A DNA stretch of 64,000 bases, from the NCBI RefSeq assembly GCF_009914755.1, contig NC_060931.1. One strand, 5' to 3'. The translations under genes were made by a program, and so were the position numbers. Positions 12,868 to 26,556 of the stretch are shown here, piece by piece. The notes beneath the pieces are model-generated. The model ran no database searches, was not told the origin of the DNA, and was given only the letters and a program-made list of their open reading frames with translations. Numbering within the stretch: position 1 is the first letter of the stretch; the number at the start of each line of letters is the position of its first letter. The DNA is from the human T2T-CHM13v2.0 reference genome, Homo sapiens.

Positions 12868-13582
12868 TGTCAGGACAAGTATGAATTAAAAATTTTTAAT
12901 TTTAATTTTAGATTAAACTTTTAAATTTTAATATAAAAAGAGGTTTTCCTCCCCTCCTGCTTTGTCAGAACATTTACCTTAGAAAACTTAGCAAATATAG
13001 GTACTTATTTTATATTTTCAAAATGTATATGAATCTTTTTAGAAACTGAATCAGGCTTTTGTGGACCTCATAACCTAGGAATAATCTTTCTCGAGGACCT
13101 GGCGCCACCTCTTTAAAATGTAACCATCAACGGAAACAGTCTTCCAAACTCCCAGTTTCGGGGGCACTGGGAGCCTAACTTAAGTGGGCCCCTTGCTCCA
13201 AGCTGTAAAACTACCTCCTGTAGTAAAGATATGAGAAGTTTGTTTTCCCTCTAGAAAAAAAGCTAATTAGCTAATATAGACAGTCACACCAATTACCAGG
13301 TAAAGTTGGGAACTAAATGTGACAAATGGTGCTGTCAAGTCCTCTTGAGTCCTAGTTATTGCTTATCTTAAAAACATGTATAAAATTGGTTGTATCTGGT
13401 TGACTATATAAAGGGGTGAGCTTCCTTTCTGTCTTTGCAATCTATTTGTAGATTGCCTATGATGAGCATCACATTCTGTTTTAATACTTATTCAATAATA
13501 AAACTGTTTTATGTCTTTACTACCTCTGTAATAGAGATTTTGGGTTGGCAGAAGATTTTGTTTTTAATACATGTCTTCAACA
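12868..13582 (+). mobile_element. ERV1 solo LTR (MER90-like)
   Basis: TG...CA ends, tatataaa (~13405) and aataaa (~13496). The 3' half resembles the recalled MER90 consensus. Confidence 0.55.
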
Positions 13583-13589
13583 CTAGTAA

Positions 13590-16020
13590 AGAAATACAGT
13601 TGCTGGATGTCAGGGGTTTGGAGTAAAAATAGTTCATTCCAAGGGTATTTAGGTGGGACACTAATAGGATCTGGTATAGTACAATAATGCTCCATGTGAA
13701 ATCCACTTCTGTTGCTGACTCTTTAGGGTGATGACTGGTCACAATAAAAATGAATTACAGCAAGATGTTCAATAGAACTAGACAATATTCATAATCTTCC
13801 TCTTCTATCACCCATCCTAGATTTCTTTCACATAGGTCATGCTTCAGCTGATTTTTGTGGCTTGCGTGGTGGAGCAAACTGTCAATTCTGAGGCCCTGAA
13901 TGCCCTTGCTCTCTACAGGCAATGGTTGATGCAATTGTCCATTCACTATTATCACTAGGGCTGATGGAGCAACAAAAGATATCCAACAGAATGGTTTAGA
14001 TTTCTGATATATTCTTTCCTGCCCCCATTATGCAGAAGTAACCTTATTTCTATCTATTATATGATAATCAAGCCCAATTACCCCTCCCAGTATAGTAACT
14101 CTTTGCATGCTGGTCTTCTGGTATCAAGAATCTAAAACGTCCAGGTGACAACCACAGCTAAAGAAAAACAAACCAACTTCTTCCTGTGTCCTCTGATAGA
14201 AGCTCTCCATCCCAAACACCTCCTCAAACTAGTAACTCTAATGCAGCAGAGGCTAAAATTTTGGGAGAATAACACACATTCCCTCAACTGAGCCAGTGGG
14301 AGTGATGATGAGAGAACCTACTGCTCCTCCCGTGCCTTGGACTCAGTCTCATACATTTTAACTTTTGAGAAAATAACAGTATATAATGGCTTTTGGTTTA
14401 AAGTATATATTGCAACTTGAAGGACTGCATCCCAAACCCCAGCAATTCAGGGTATCATCCCCGGGCTAAAACCAGGCACTTACGAGGCCATTTCAAAACG
14501 TTTTCCGCCTGTCAGCTCTTGGGCTATCAGATATATAGTATGACCAATAGAGTTGATGGTCATACACTTTGTTGTCCCTCCTCTGCCATAAAATGGTCCT
14601 CAGTATCAGTTGCAGTTCAGCCCAATACCCAACAGTTTTTGAAAATTCTCAGTATTCCTCTTCCCTCAGTGTGTAATTGTCTGGGTACATATCACACATC
14701 TGTGGGAGACCAGAATATTTCACCCCAAAAAATGAAAAATTGTTGGGCTGAAGACAATGGAGAAGAAGCAGATGCAGGAAAGCTCTCTGCTCTCCCTCTA
14801 TTTGCCTAAAAGCAAGACATGGATTTAGAGACACAGAAGGTATCCTGCACCCTCTTCTACCAGGGAGAACAGAGGTTAACCACTGAAGACAATTTTAGAC
14901 CCTTACCTCCTGGAGATGATACCAGAAGAATACATGCTGACAAGCTTTATTAACTAGCCTTTATCTGCTATTTAGTTACCTTCCCACAAGTTGTTAGAGA
15001 ATCAAGGTCCTTTTCCTTTGTCTTGTCATTTCTCTAATAATTAACTATTCTTTGTCAAAGATGCTATATAAGCTGGAATTCAAAGCCACCTCTTTGAGAA
15101 CTACTCCTTACCTAGGTGTCTTCCATTGTCTTTCATGGTGCCTTCCAGGAAATCTACATGCTAATAAATTTTTTTTCTCTTGCTAATCTGTCTTTTGTCA
15201 TAGGGATTCATTTTAACTAAGAATCTATGGGGGCTAAAGAAAAAAAATTATGTTTCTTCCCCTACAAATATCTTTGGGGACCAGAAAGAAAACACTTATC
15301 AGACCTGTTGTGGTATTACGGGGATTTTCCTCAACAGCACCAAGGATCTCTTCCAATTGGGAATGAAAAATGAATTGGGTCTAGAAATTGAGTAATGGAA
15401 TCAGTGATTTCTCCACTGTACCAGCTGACGTCAGTCTTCTGTTCACCTTGATATTTTGGGGTTATATAAGTCAAGAAGTATTCTTATTGGCTGCTTCTCC
15501 ATCTTGTTCACAGGTCACTATAGTATATTAGCCTTACTTCTAATTGTCAGCATGTGCATTCCCTTGTCAGAGGAAGTTTTCTAGCTGTTCGCTACCCACA
15601 TAGACTGAAATACCAGGAAAATAATATTTTCCTTTCAGTTCCCTCAAATATCCCTCTAACATGACTGATGGGAGTTTGTAGATAAATGCTATTGCTCCCT
15701 CAGAGTTTAGGTAAGTTTGAGGTGCGAGTCCAACACTGTGAGACAACACTGCAGTTGACAACAGTAAACTTCTTAGTTGACTTTCTTTCCTTCTTTGGCT
15801 CATTTATCCACTACCCTGTAAGTGCTAACCTAAGACCATCTTTTGGTATACTAGTTGCACTCAAATCCTTGTTTCAGGGTGTACTTAGGGTGGGGAGAAA
15901 TAAAATTAAGACAGGTGATGCCAAAAGTGAATCCTTGGATGAGATAATGGAATTGAATTACTCACCAGCTAACTGCCAACAGAGTCTCATTGCTAGTGGT
16001 AAATAGAATCATTCCCTGGT
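13590..16020 (-). mobile_element. Highly decayed ERVL-class internal (pol/integrase) remnant, split by an LTR at 14701-15266
   Basis: The minus strand near 14440-14640 resembles the ERVL integrase core (D-x-G-x-H-F ... E-R-x-N-G-L-L-K). Boundaries are approximate. Confidence 0.45.
14701..15266 (+). mobile_element. MER34-family ERV1 solo LTR
   Basis: tgtgggagaccagaatatttcaccccaaaa...gcagatgcaggaaagctctctg start, tatataa, aataaa and ...cccctaca end. Confidence 0.7.
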
Positions 16021-16030
16021 ATGTTGTAGT

Positions 16031-16110
16031 TCAGTTTCTACTGAATGTGTATTGCTTTTGCATCATCTTCAATTTGAGAACCTGAACCACCGTAAGTTGC
16101 GGACCATCTA
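16031..16110. mobile_element. MER47/Tigger5-like terminal fragment
   Basis: cagtttctactgaatgtgtattgcttttgcatcatc...gtaagttgcggaccatcta. Confidence 0.45.
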
Positions 16111-16884
16111 TATAATGAATTAAGTTCATCAGAATTTTAGAAATAAAAAACTAATGTTGTTTGTGTTGTGCCTCTTGTTTCGTTGTTAACAAAGAATGTT
16201 GGTTGTTACCTCAATTTAGTGAATATTTAGGTATCTGAACACCAACTAGTTCTTGTGCTAGGTTTAACAACATTTGTTACCCACCCCTAGCATTGGTGCA
16301 CTATTTTTTAACATAATTTTATGTTACTTTATACTATTTCTGTGAGTTGTATAGAAAAATATCATAAACATGTTATAGTAGAATAGTCATAAGATTCCAT
16401 AATCACTGGTGTGCTAGTATTTATTTTATACCATAAATTTGATGGGTCAAATATATTATCCTTTATATGTGACTAGAAACACTATTGGATCCTACTGTAA
16501 AGTCCCCAAATTGAGGCGAGTTTTAAATAATTTTGAATCTAAGCACATTCATAGAAACTGAGCTTCTATCACATTAATTATGTATCATGTGTAAAAGAAG
16601 TTACTCTGAATTTGTTATCTTTATTACTTTACATTTATTGCCTATTAGTGTATATATAACACATTTAGCATGCATACATTTTAAAGTACATATAATACAG
16701 ATTACACTTACTTTTTTTAGTCATTTCCTTCATTTTAAGAATCCCTCTTGTTTTCTCAATATAGCCATGTTTTAAATTATTAAAGCAGTTCATGAATGTC
16801 AATTTATGACTTGAGAAGTTTATTTAAAGTTCAAAAGACCATTTTGAGGGATCATAAACAGATAAACAGTAACCCAGAAATGCC

Positions 16885-17200
16885 TTTTTCCTTTTTTTTT
16901 TTTTTTTTGAGAGAGAGCGAGATAGGGTCTCACTGTGTTGCCCAGGCTGTAGTGCAGTGGCCCTATCTCGGCTCACAGCTCACTGCAAACTCCACCTCCC
17001 AAGTAGCTGGGAGCCTCCCGAGTAGCTGGGATTACAGGCACATGCCACTATGCCCAGCTAATTCTTGTATTTTTTTGTGGAGATGGGGTTTCGCCATGTT
17101 GGCTAGGGTGGTCTCAAACTCCTGAACTCAAGCAATCAGCCCACCTCGGTCTCTCAAAGTGCTGGGATTACATTACAGGCATGAGCCACCGTGCCTAGTC
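16885..17200 (-). mobile_element. Alu (J/S-type) with an internal rearrangement
   Basis: Poly-T tail and both Alu arms. The ctccc(a/g)agtagctggga block is duplicated. Confidence 0.9.
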
Positions 17201-17244
17201 AACTTTTTCAAATTTAGTTCATTAACTTTTAAAAAAAAAAATTG

Positions 17245-17523
<279 letters not shown>

Positions 17524-17937
17524 AACATTTCTTAATCTGTGAAATTAGCCTTATACTCCAAATTTCTGACATATTTAGTATAAAACTGAATATGTTTCTT
17601 GACTATTTACTTTTTATCCATTTGATAAGTTCTTACACAATGTCTTTCAAGGAACATTCAGAAGACAGAAGACTAAATGACATTGACACAACTGGCTTTT
17701 TCTTATGACCAATATGAATATGAGTCAGAAATATATGTGATAGACAAATTATCCTTTTTGATATTATTCTCTTTTGAATGCTTTAATATATACAGTAAAT
17801 CAATTGACTTGTTTCAACTTATTAAGTGAAAATTTTGATTAAAGTTGTATTTAATGATGCTGAAAGACTGCATGTTTTTTTCCCTCTTGCTTTCTATGTA
17901 TAATTATCAATGTGTATTCATCATTTCTGACTCTGTG

Positions 17938-18354
17938 TGTATACAGCAGATTCACCTGACAGCAATAATTTAAGCATACTCTATGGTCTAAGAAGAGTGT
18001 TGGTTCAGAGTTCTGAGCCAAGGAACCCAGGAGCAGCCAATCTAGAGGCTTACTCTATGAAGGACACCTGAACCGCTGGTCCATTTTGTGGACTGCAGGA
18101 TATGCAAGGAATTAAGAGGCCCTTTGTTTTGAGCTAGATGTGGATGTTGCTAGGTAGAGGGTGCTAAGTGAAAATTGCTATGTAAACTGCATGCTGCAAA
18201 CAGTAGCGGTCTTCCTGTCTAGCCCACCACTCCTTGACTGCCCCATACGTAAGTCCTCCATAAACCCTATGTCTTTGTTCTTTGGGTCTGGGTCTCCTCT
18301 GTCCTCTTGGACATAGTGCCATCCCCATTGGAGTCAGTAGGGGTTAGTCACAAC
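17938..18354 (+). mobile_element. LTR47-like ERVL solo LTR
   Basis: cagattcacctgacagcaataatttaagcatac...tatggtctaagaaga and gtgctaagtgaaaattgctatgtaaactgcatgc match the recalled LTR47. Confidence 0.7.
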
Positions 18355-21290
18355 CGTGTGATGTTTAATTCATACTCATATATGGTTTTCTATATTTATC
18401 AATTAAATATATTTATAAAGAAACTAAATATTAAAAACATTCTTTTAATCACCAGTGGAAATAAAAAGTGAAAAAGAGCTATTAAAACACATTTCAAAGC
18501 TAACTATTAAGGTTACAATTTTTAATATAAAGATACTGCTTTTAAATGTAAAATTCAATGAATTTATGCAAAAAATTTTCAAAGCTTAAAAGAAAAATTT
18601 AACAAAAGTTATGTTCATATTAGAAAGGACAGCATAAATTTAACAAAAATAACTGTCATAAGTTTCTGAGAACTTTTCTAGGATTTTGAAACCTAACTCA
18701 TCAGATAGGGCTTCAAAATACAGAGCTTTGTATATGAAGTAGAAATTTATCCTGTAGATGAAGGGAACATCTGGGCAGACTCAGATGAAAACAGAATGCC
18801 ACAATCAGCTTATAATACAAGCCAATTCAAATGGAAAGAGGCTATTCTCAAAAAAGAAAACCCATTTTGAGAATAAAGGAACATACTCAAAACCTACAAT
18901 TTATTCTTAATGATGCCTCATTTTTCATTTGCTTTATAGCAGCCTTCTACCCCGGGGCAAAGACTGACAGACTATTCCTTAGTACCTTAATTTTAGCTGT
19001 CCCCTTAACTATGACTCTGGGGCTGAAATACATAAACAGGGCAATAAATCAGAAGGAACAAAGAACCTTTAAGACTATAAGGCAGTGGGAGGAAGGAAAG
19101 TATGTTGAACAATTCCCTTTACATGTGTCCTTAATAATTGATAACAGGTGTCTAGTTTACTGAGTCCAGTTACACATTTTTTAGACAGATCTATTGTTTA
19201 TGTTGTTCCCTGTCTAAGCAATACAGAGAGTGCTGTTTCACATTCCCTTCGTGTTATAATCTAGTCAATTCACTTAAAATTAGAATAAATTGCATTTGGT
19301 TTTAGAAATATTCATATTTGCCATTTCCTCTGCACATTGAAAATATATAATTTTGTTGGTTTAAAGTGTTGAGGCTCAAAAACTGAAACCACCTTTGCAA
19401 AAATTATACAGAAAATTATGACAGTGAAATAGGTCTGACTTAACTGACTTCATCTTGCTTCTAACCTCCAAGCTGTCCTTGTTCATTCCTGGGTGTAGGC
19501 CGAACTAACTTTGGGAGGGACTTAGTTTATAGTTTAACTTTGAAATGACAATAACAGCTTTTTCTCAAAACAAATCCCCTTCCTGCCTGGGGACTAAACT
19601 GCCTTTGCAGGACTAACAAATTAGCTACAAGATTAGAAGTTATGGTTTAGGACTCATGCAGCTAGAGGCTGCAAGATTTTGAACCTTTCCAAATTGCTCA
19701 TGGGGGTAACATCACTATTGTTAAACTTAAGATTAGTGCTTGAGATCTTTTGCAGACACTGCATTAGATGGATAAGCTGGCATCACTCAGATTGCTAACT
19801 GTCTCAACTTGTCTTGTGACCCCCACCCAGGAATCAACTTATCAGAAGAGGACAGCATTGACTCCCTATGATTTCAGCAATGACCTGACCAATCAGCACT
19901 CCCTACTTTCCATCCCCCTACACACCAAATTATCCTTTAAAACCCTGATCCCTGAGTTTTTGGAAGACTGATTTGTGTTGGGTGATGTACCAGAGCCCCA
20001 GCAATGGAAAGTGAGTGGCTCGCAGATAGTAAAAAGAATTTACCCACAATGGTGTAGTTTTGGAAAGGCAAGTTTTATTGAAAGAAAGAAAAGAAAGAAA
20101 GAAAGAAAGAACACTGAAGAAGAGTGCAGCAGGGCATCTCAGCAAGAGAGGAATAAGTGTGTCACAGTGGATTTTTACTTAGCAGTATTTTACGGACCTT
20201 AAAGTGGGATCTTAAGGGTAATTTAGACCATATCAGCAGCCATGTAGGTCATGATAAATGATTACACTTGTAGACATTTTGGTGTCTCGATGATAGCAAT
20301 AGGAGACAGTTAAATTCCTAGGCAGACGAACAGGTCCCTGTTGAACCCTGATCTTCAAGCCAAAGACAGCCTGATGCCTGAAAACTGAGCTTCCAGTTCC
20401 AGGTAGAGTACATGACCAGAGTAAGAACCTCCTCGATGTCTTTTAGCCAATTGAATGGTGCTTTTTCCAGGCCTGCCCACGGACCAATCAGCATGCACTC
20501 CCCAATTCTGAGCCCATAAAAGCCCTAGACTCAGCCTCACAGGTGACTACCTGCTTTTGGGCCCCCTCTCACACACAGAGGTACCCACTTCTGTTCCCCT
20601 CTCATGTCAAGAACTTTCCTGTCACTCAGTAAAATTCTTCTCAGCCTTGCTCACTCTCTGCTGTCTGCATACCTCATTCCTCTTCATCATGGGGAAAGAA
20701 CCTAGAACCTACCAAGTTGTGGGTGTGAAAAGAGCTATAACATGCACTCCCACTCACCAACCTATGGGAGTGAAAAAAACTGCTGGGTGCCATACGCCCC
20801 CATTCACTGAACTTCAGGCAGTGGGACTGAATGAGCTGTGACACACCCCCATTCACTGAGCCGCAGGCAGCAGGACCGAAGGAGCTGTGATATGGCCCCA
20901 TTCCCTGAGCTGCAGGCCACAGGAACAAGAGTAAGCTGTAACACTTCTTGGGGACTCAGACCTCGGGACTCCCTGGGCGAGAGCTGTAACACCCCTTGGG
21001 GCTCTATGGTTGTTGGCATATCCAAATTTGGGGCACCACCATGTTCCTCTCATCCAGATGCCGGTGCCCAAGGTGGAAGCTGGTCACAGCCTGCCCAGTC
21101 CAGCCACAGGCTGAATGTGGATCTCATGGCGGGCACAAGATCTGAGCCATTGCATGAGCCAAGCTCAGCCTCCAGGGCTGAGTGGGTGGAGTGAGCCCAG
21201 TGGGCCTCAGTGAGGCTTCAGGAAGAGGTCACAGCAGCTGCAGAGATTTCTGGATGGCAGAGCAGCACCGAAAAACATCCTGTAACATTT

Positions 21291-21309
21291 CCAGGGGCTC
21301 ATCTGGGAT
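21291..21309 (+). promoter_or_regulatory. Degenerate primer-binding site, tRNA-Pro type
   Basis: ccaggggctcatctgggat right after the 5' LTR resembles TGGGGGCTCGTCCGGGAT. Confidence 0.7.
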
Positions 21310-22597
21310 TGGCAGAAGGGTGAATAAGAGTGGACCTCTTTCACTTTCATTCCAAGGCTTCTTGTAAGGAGATTTTTTTTTTTCCAAAAACAGATGAGGC
21401 ATTGGGCCTCTGTTAGCCAGTTAAGAGTGAATGGCATGTCTTCAGAGGACAGGCTTGCTGGGGAGGAGTTTGTCAATCACCCATCGCCCTTGGGTGTTGG
21501 GAATGTTGACTTTGCTTCAATCCAGTTTTCTTCATGGAGGTCTAGCCATTGCATGGAATTGGAAGGAAGTCCTGGGGCAATTATCTGGCTGAGGCTATAC
21601 TTTGATGTTACCCAAAAGGCCACTGGACTGACTCCAGTCCCCAACATCCCATTAGGGTGTTGGTGTTAGGACCTCCAGTCTTTTCTATGGCATTATCCTT
21701 CTTTCTTTCATGGCTTTAGTGGCTTTTATCTTTTCTTTATATATTAATACAATGTTAAGGGTGTTGTTGCAAAGCACAGAGATAATATAAGTGGGTAGAA
21801 TGTGCATTTGGCTTAGTCATCAGGAGCGTAATTCAGAACAATGTGTTTTCTGTCTATTCTTAGAAGCAAGGAGGATGTAATGATTGAGAGTTTTCTTTCC
21901 CCTGTTGAGGAAACCCATTAGCATAGGGCAAGAGGCTACTTTCCCCCAGGCACCTTCCCTCCCCTGCATTTAAGGTTTTTATTTTTTCCCACCATGTCAG
22001 TAGTCAATATAGTCCTGTGAATACAGGGAGCTTTTCTATGTGAGGGATTAATTTTTTCCTTTTGGGAGACATCTTATTAGGCCCCAATTCCTGGGACTCG
22101 CTTTCTGTCCCTTGTTTGAGGAGCATCTGGTTTTGCAGCTTCACTTTAACATCACTCCAGTATATTTTCCAAGCTTTGGAGTCCTGAGGGACCCAGAGGC
22201 AGTCAACAGCAGAAGACTAGAGTGCAGCGCAAGCGAGCACGACTACTGCTGCTGACTACTCCTTACCATTTCATGGGTGAAGAACTTGCTCACATTCATA
22301 GCACAGATGGGGTCTAGCAAACCCAAAGGTTACCGACAGCAGAAGGCTAGGGCACAGCATAGGTAAGTGCGACTACCCCTACTAACTATGCATTCCCACT
22401 TCATTGGTAGAGGTCACACTTGTATTCATGCATGGCACCTATAGAAGCTGCCACAACTCAGGGAAGGAAAGGGTGGCACCTATAGAGGTTGCCAAGACTT
22501 GGGGAAGGAAAGGACACTTTTTTTTTTCCTCACATGCCCTGGGTTTTCACTGAAAGAGAGAAAGGAGCTAAGGGATGCCTTTTACCCTCTCTTTCAA

Positions 22598-22735
22598 ATG
22601 GGTAACAAACCATTTTCAGCCTGTACTCCTTTTGAGTGCATCCTGAATCACTGGGAGTCCTTTGACCCTCAGATTAAAAAAATGCCTTATGTTCCTTTGC
22701 ACTAGGGCCTAGCTGGGTTATAAGTTGCAAAGGGC
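22598..22735 (+). pseudogene. gag: gag matrix N-terminus remnant
   Basis: MGNKPFSACTPFECILNHWESFDPQ resembles HERV-W/ERV9-like myristoylated MA. The rest of gag is absent. Confidence 0.65.
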
Positions 22736-22779
22736 AATTCCAAACCCCGGAGGTGCCTCCAGCTGGGGAGTCAGCTAAA

Positions 22780-25700
22780 GCCTTTAACCCAATATTTTTC
22801 CTCACCTCTTAGTTGTAGTTCAGGAGACCTCATGTTTACTCAAGACTTTTAAATCATACCTGAAAGCCCAACTCCTCTGCTGAGTATGGATATATTAGCT
22901 CATATGGGAACCACCATCCTTATGGCTCTGGGACAGACTCTTTGTCTCCTCCTAGTGGAGACCAACGTTAACCCAGAAGTTTGGGCAACTCAAGGGAAAA
23001 TTGGCAGAGCCACAACTGCCATGCCAGTCTGGATCCATCTTAAGGACCCTACCTTCTTCCCTAATCAGAGATAATATCCCTAAAACCAGAAATTAGAAAT
23101 GGGCTAGAAGCCACCATTGATAACTTGAGGATGCAGGGCTTCTTCAAACCCTGAAACAACCCTTTTAATACCCCAGTACTGGAGGTACGTTAACCCAACA
23201 GAGAGTGGAGACTGGTCCAGGACCTCTGCCTCGTTAATGAGGCTGTGGTTTGAATTCACCTGGTGGTTCCCAAACCCCTATACCCTGCTTACTCAAATAC
23301 CTAAGGGAATTAATGGTTGACAGTCTATGACATAAAGGATGTCTTTTTATGCATACTGTTACACCCCAACTCCCAATATTAGTTTGCATTCAAGGATCCA
23401 TTCAACCAGACCACTCAGCTAACCTATGCAGTGTTACCTCAGGGATTGTGAGACAGCCCCCACTTGTTTGAGCAGGAGTTGTCAAAGTATCTCTGAGTTC
23501 TTTTATTCTCAGGTTAAAGTTTTACAATATGTAGATCACATTTTCCTTTGTGCCCCAGCTGAGGAAATCTCTGAGGAGGATAATAAGGCTTTTCTTAATT
23601 TTCTGGCTAACAGACGATATAAGGTCTCAAAATCTTAAGGCTCAGCTCTCTCAGACTTCAGTGAAGTACCTAGGTCTAGTCTTGTTAGAGGGGACCAGGG
23701 CAGTAGGGGAATAAAGAATTAAGCCCATCTCCTCCTTTACCCTCCTCAAAACCCTCAAGCAACTGAAGGGATTCTTGGGCATTACAGGATTCTGCAGATT
23801 ATAGATACCTGGGTATGGAGAAGTAGCTCATTCCTTATATCACCTATTAGGGAGACCCAGGCAGCTAAGACTCACTCCCTAATTTGGGAACAAGAGACTA
23901 AAAGGGCCTTTGACCAATTCAAAGAAGCCTTGCTTGAGGCACCTGTCCTTAGTCTTCCCATAGGAGAGACTTAATCTTTATGTATCACAAAGGAAGGAAA
24001 TGGCCCTGAGAGTTCTAACCTGGGCCTGAGGTTCAGCCCAGCAGCACATAGGCTACTTAAACAAGGAGCTTGGTTTGGTAGCTAAAGGATGGCCAGCCTA
24101 CCTCTGGGCAGTTGCAGCAGTAGACTTGCTGGTACCAAAGGCTACTAAGTTAACCATGGGAAATAACTTAACGATTTATACCCCACGTAATGTGGCAGGA
24201 CTGCTGTCTCCTAAGGAGAGTCTCTGGCAAATGGACAACTGCCTCCTCAAATATCAAGCTCTGCTATTAGAGGGATCTGAAGTCCAGTTAAGAACCTGTC
24301 CATCCCTAAACCCAGCCACCTTCCTCCCAAAGGAAGCTGGGGAGCTTGAATATGACTGCAAACAGACAGTAGCACAAACCTATGTGGCCAAGGAGTACCT
24401 CAAAGAAACCCCCTTAGAGAACTCAGACTGGACTCTCTTTACGAACAGAAGTTCTTTTGTAGAACAAGGGATCCATAAAGGAGGGTATGCAATAGCCTGA
24501 ATGACACTGCTGAGAGCGTGCCTGTCCTCAGGCACAAGTGCTCAACTAGCTGAGCTAATTGCCCTCCTGAGGGCACTTGAATTAAGCAAAGGGAAAGCAG
24601 TTAACATTTATGCTGAATCTAAGCATGCTTTCCTAGTCCTCCATGCCCATGCCACTATCTGGAAAGAGATGGATTTCCTCACAGCAAATGGGTCTTCCAT
24701 TAAATACCATCAGGAAATTAACAGACTATTATTCTCAGTTTTCCTCCCATGGGAAGTGGCAGTAACACATTTTAAAGGCCACCAAAAAGGGATGAATGAA
24801 ATAGCTGAAGGAAATAAGTTGGCAGACCAAGCAGCTAAATTGGCAGTGAGAGGGCCCCAGATATCTGATCCACTTGAGGTCCCTCTGATCTGGGAGGGCT
24901 CCACAAGAGAAACAAAACCTCAATATTCTCCTGTGGAAATAGAATAGGCCACCTCTCAGGGATACGCCTTTCACTCCTCAGGATAGCTACAATCAGAAGA
25001 TGGCAAACTTCACCTTCTTCAGCTTCCAGCCAATGGAAAGTTCTTAAAATCTTTCACAAGCCTTCTACCTAGGTAAGGATAAAACATATCATTGGCCTAG
25101 AGGTTGTTCTCAGGTAAAAATCTGCTAAAAATAGTGAAATAGGTCATTAATGCTTGTGAGACTTGCCTTAAAAATAATCTCAATTGACAGCTTCTCCCCC
25201 CTGGAACCCAAGAATGGGAGGCTACCCAGGGGAAGACTGGAAGATGAATTTCACCCATATGCCAAAGATAAGGGACATCCAGTACTTCCTGGTATGGGTA
25301 GATACCATCATTAACTGGATAGAAGCATTTTTATGTTGAGCAGAGAAAGCCTATGAGGTGATGAAAGTACTAATTAATGAGATAATTCCCCACTTTGGAC
25401 TCCCAATGTACCTCCAGAGTGATAATAGTCCCTTGTTCAAGGTAGCTGTAAGCCAGGAGTCTCAAAGGCACTAGGCATACAATACCATCTTCACTGTGCC
25501 TGGAGACAACAATCCTCAGGAAAGGTATAGAACACTAATGATACTATCAAAAGGCACTTCAGAAAACTGTCTCTCAAGACACTCATCTCCCTGGATTACT
25601 TTTCTTTCCAGAAATGTTCCTTTGAAGCTGGGTTTAATCCCCTTCAAAAAGATATATAGATGGCCTTTTCTCATTAATGATTTCTTGCTAGACCAAGAAA

Positions 25701-26055
25701 CCTCTGGTTTGATTAAATATGTAACTTCTTTGGCCCATTTCCAACAGGAACTAAAACTGTCGGAAGCCCAACCTCATGAACTAGGGCTACTTCTGTTCAA
25801 CCCATGGGACTTAGTTCTGATCAAGGCACTTCCTTCCTTTTCTCTCTCTCTACGCCCATGTTGGGAGGGATCTTACACTGTACTTCTTTCTACTCCTTCA
25901 GCAGTGAAAGACACTGGAATAGATTCTTGGATTCATTATACTTGAGTAAAGACCTTGGAAAGTGACTTTCCTCTGTTGACCCAGAGGAGCACCCGAAGCA
26001 CCAGTGTGAAGAAATTGGAGACCTCAAGCTAAAGATCACAAAACATAAGTGTCAC
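22780..26055 (+). pseudogene. pol: Protease C-terminus plus RT-RNaseH-integrase, multiply disrupted
   Basis: PESPTPLLxxDIL, VLPQG, QYVDHIFL (decayed YxDD), TSAQLAELIAL, CETC, YLQSDNSP, WEGSYTVLLSTP and WIHY motifs, with many stops and frameshifts. Confidence 0.9.
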
Positions 26056-26289
26056 TAACATTTTATGGATATCCTCTTTATAGTCTCACCTATGCTTGCT
26101 GTTCTTGCCTTCATTCTATTCCTCACCATAAGGCATCTTTGCCAAAAATCCCTTAATCCTGAAAGCCCATGGCATTATCTACTCCCCTAAACAGCTATCT
26201 CTTTTCTGAAGTTTAGCTTCCCTACCCCCATTAAAGACTTACTTTCACCAGGGTGAAACAGCTCTGATCAAAACATTGTTTTCAGAATG

Positions 26290-26460
26290 ATTAGTATAAT
26301 ACTCATATTTGATCCATGCATACTTAACCTCCTTTTAAAATTTGTTTCTTCTTACCTAGAGACCATCAAACTCCAAATGGTCATGGAAATAGAGCCTCAG
26401 ATGATGGCTCTTTTTACCGGGAACCCATAGGTAGACCTCTGAGAGACATCTAACTGCTGT
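26290..26460 (+). pseudogene. env: env TM cytoplasmic-end remnant
   Basis: FDPCILNLLLKFVSSYLETIKLQMVMEIEPQM resembles a HERV-W-type TM tail. SU and most of TM are absent. Confidence 0.65.
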
Positions 26461-26545
26461 TTTCCCAAAACAATGCCCCCTGTCAGCATGAAGCAGTTAG
26501 ACCTGTCACCATCCCTGTAATAATGTCAGTTAGACGTACCTCTTC

Positions 26546-26556
26546 AGAGGGGGGAT
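26546..26556 (+). promoter_or_regulatory. Polypurine tract
   Basis: agaggggggat directly before the 3' LTR TG. Confidence 0.75.

Noticed and set aside
24075-25945. 141-149 aa pol ORFs as functional genes
   Set aside because: They are fragments separated by stops and frameshifts, and the catalytic motifs are decayed (YVDH).
26060-26460. Syncytin-like env gene
   Set aside because: Only a short TM-tail remnant remains. There is no SU, furin site, immunosuppressive domain or ORF.
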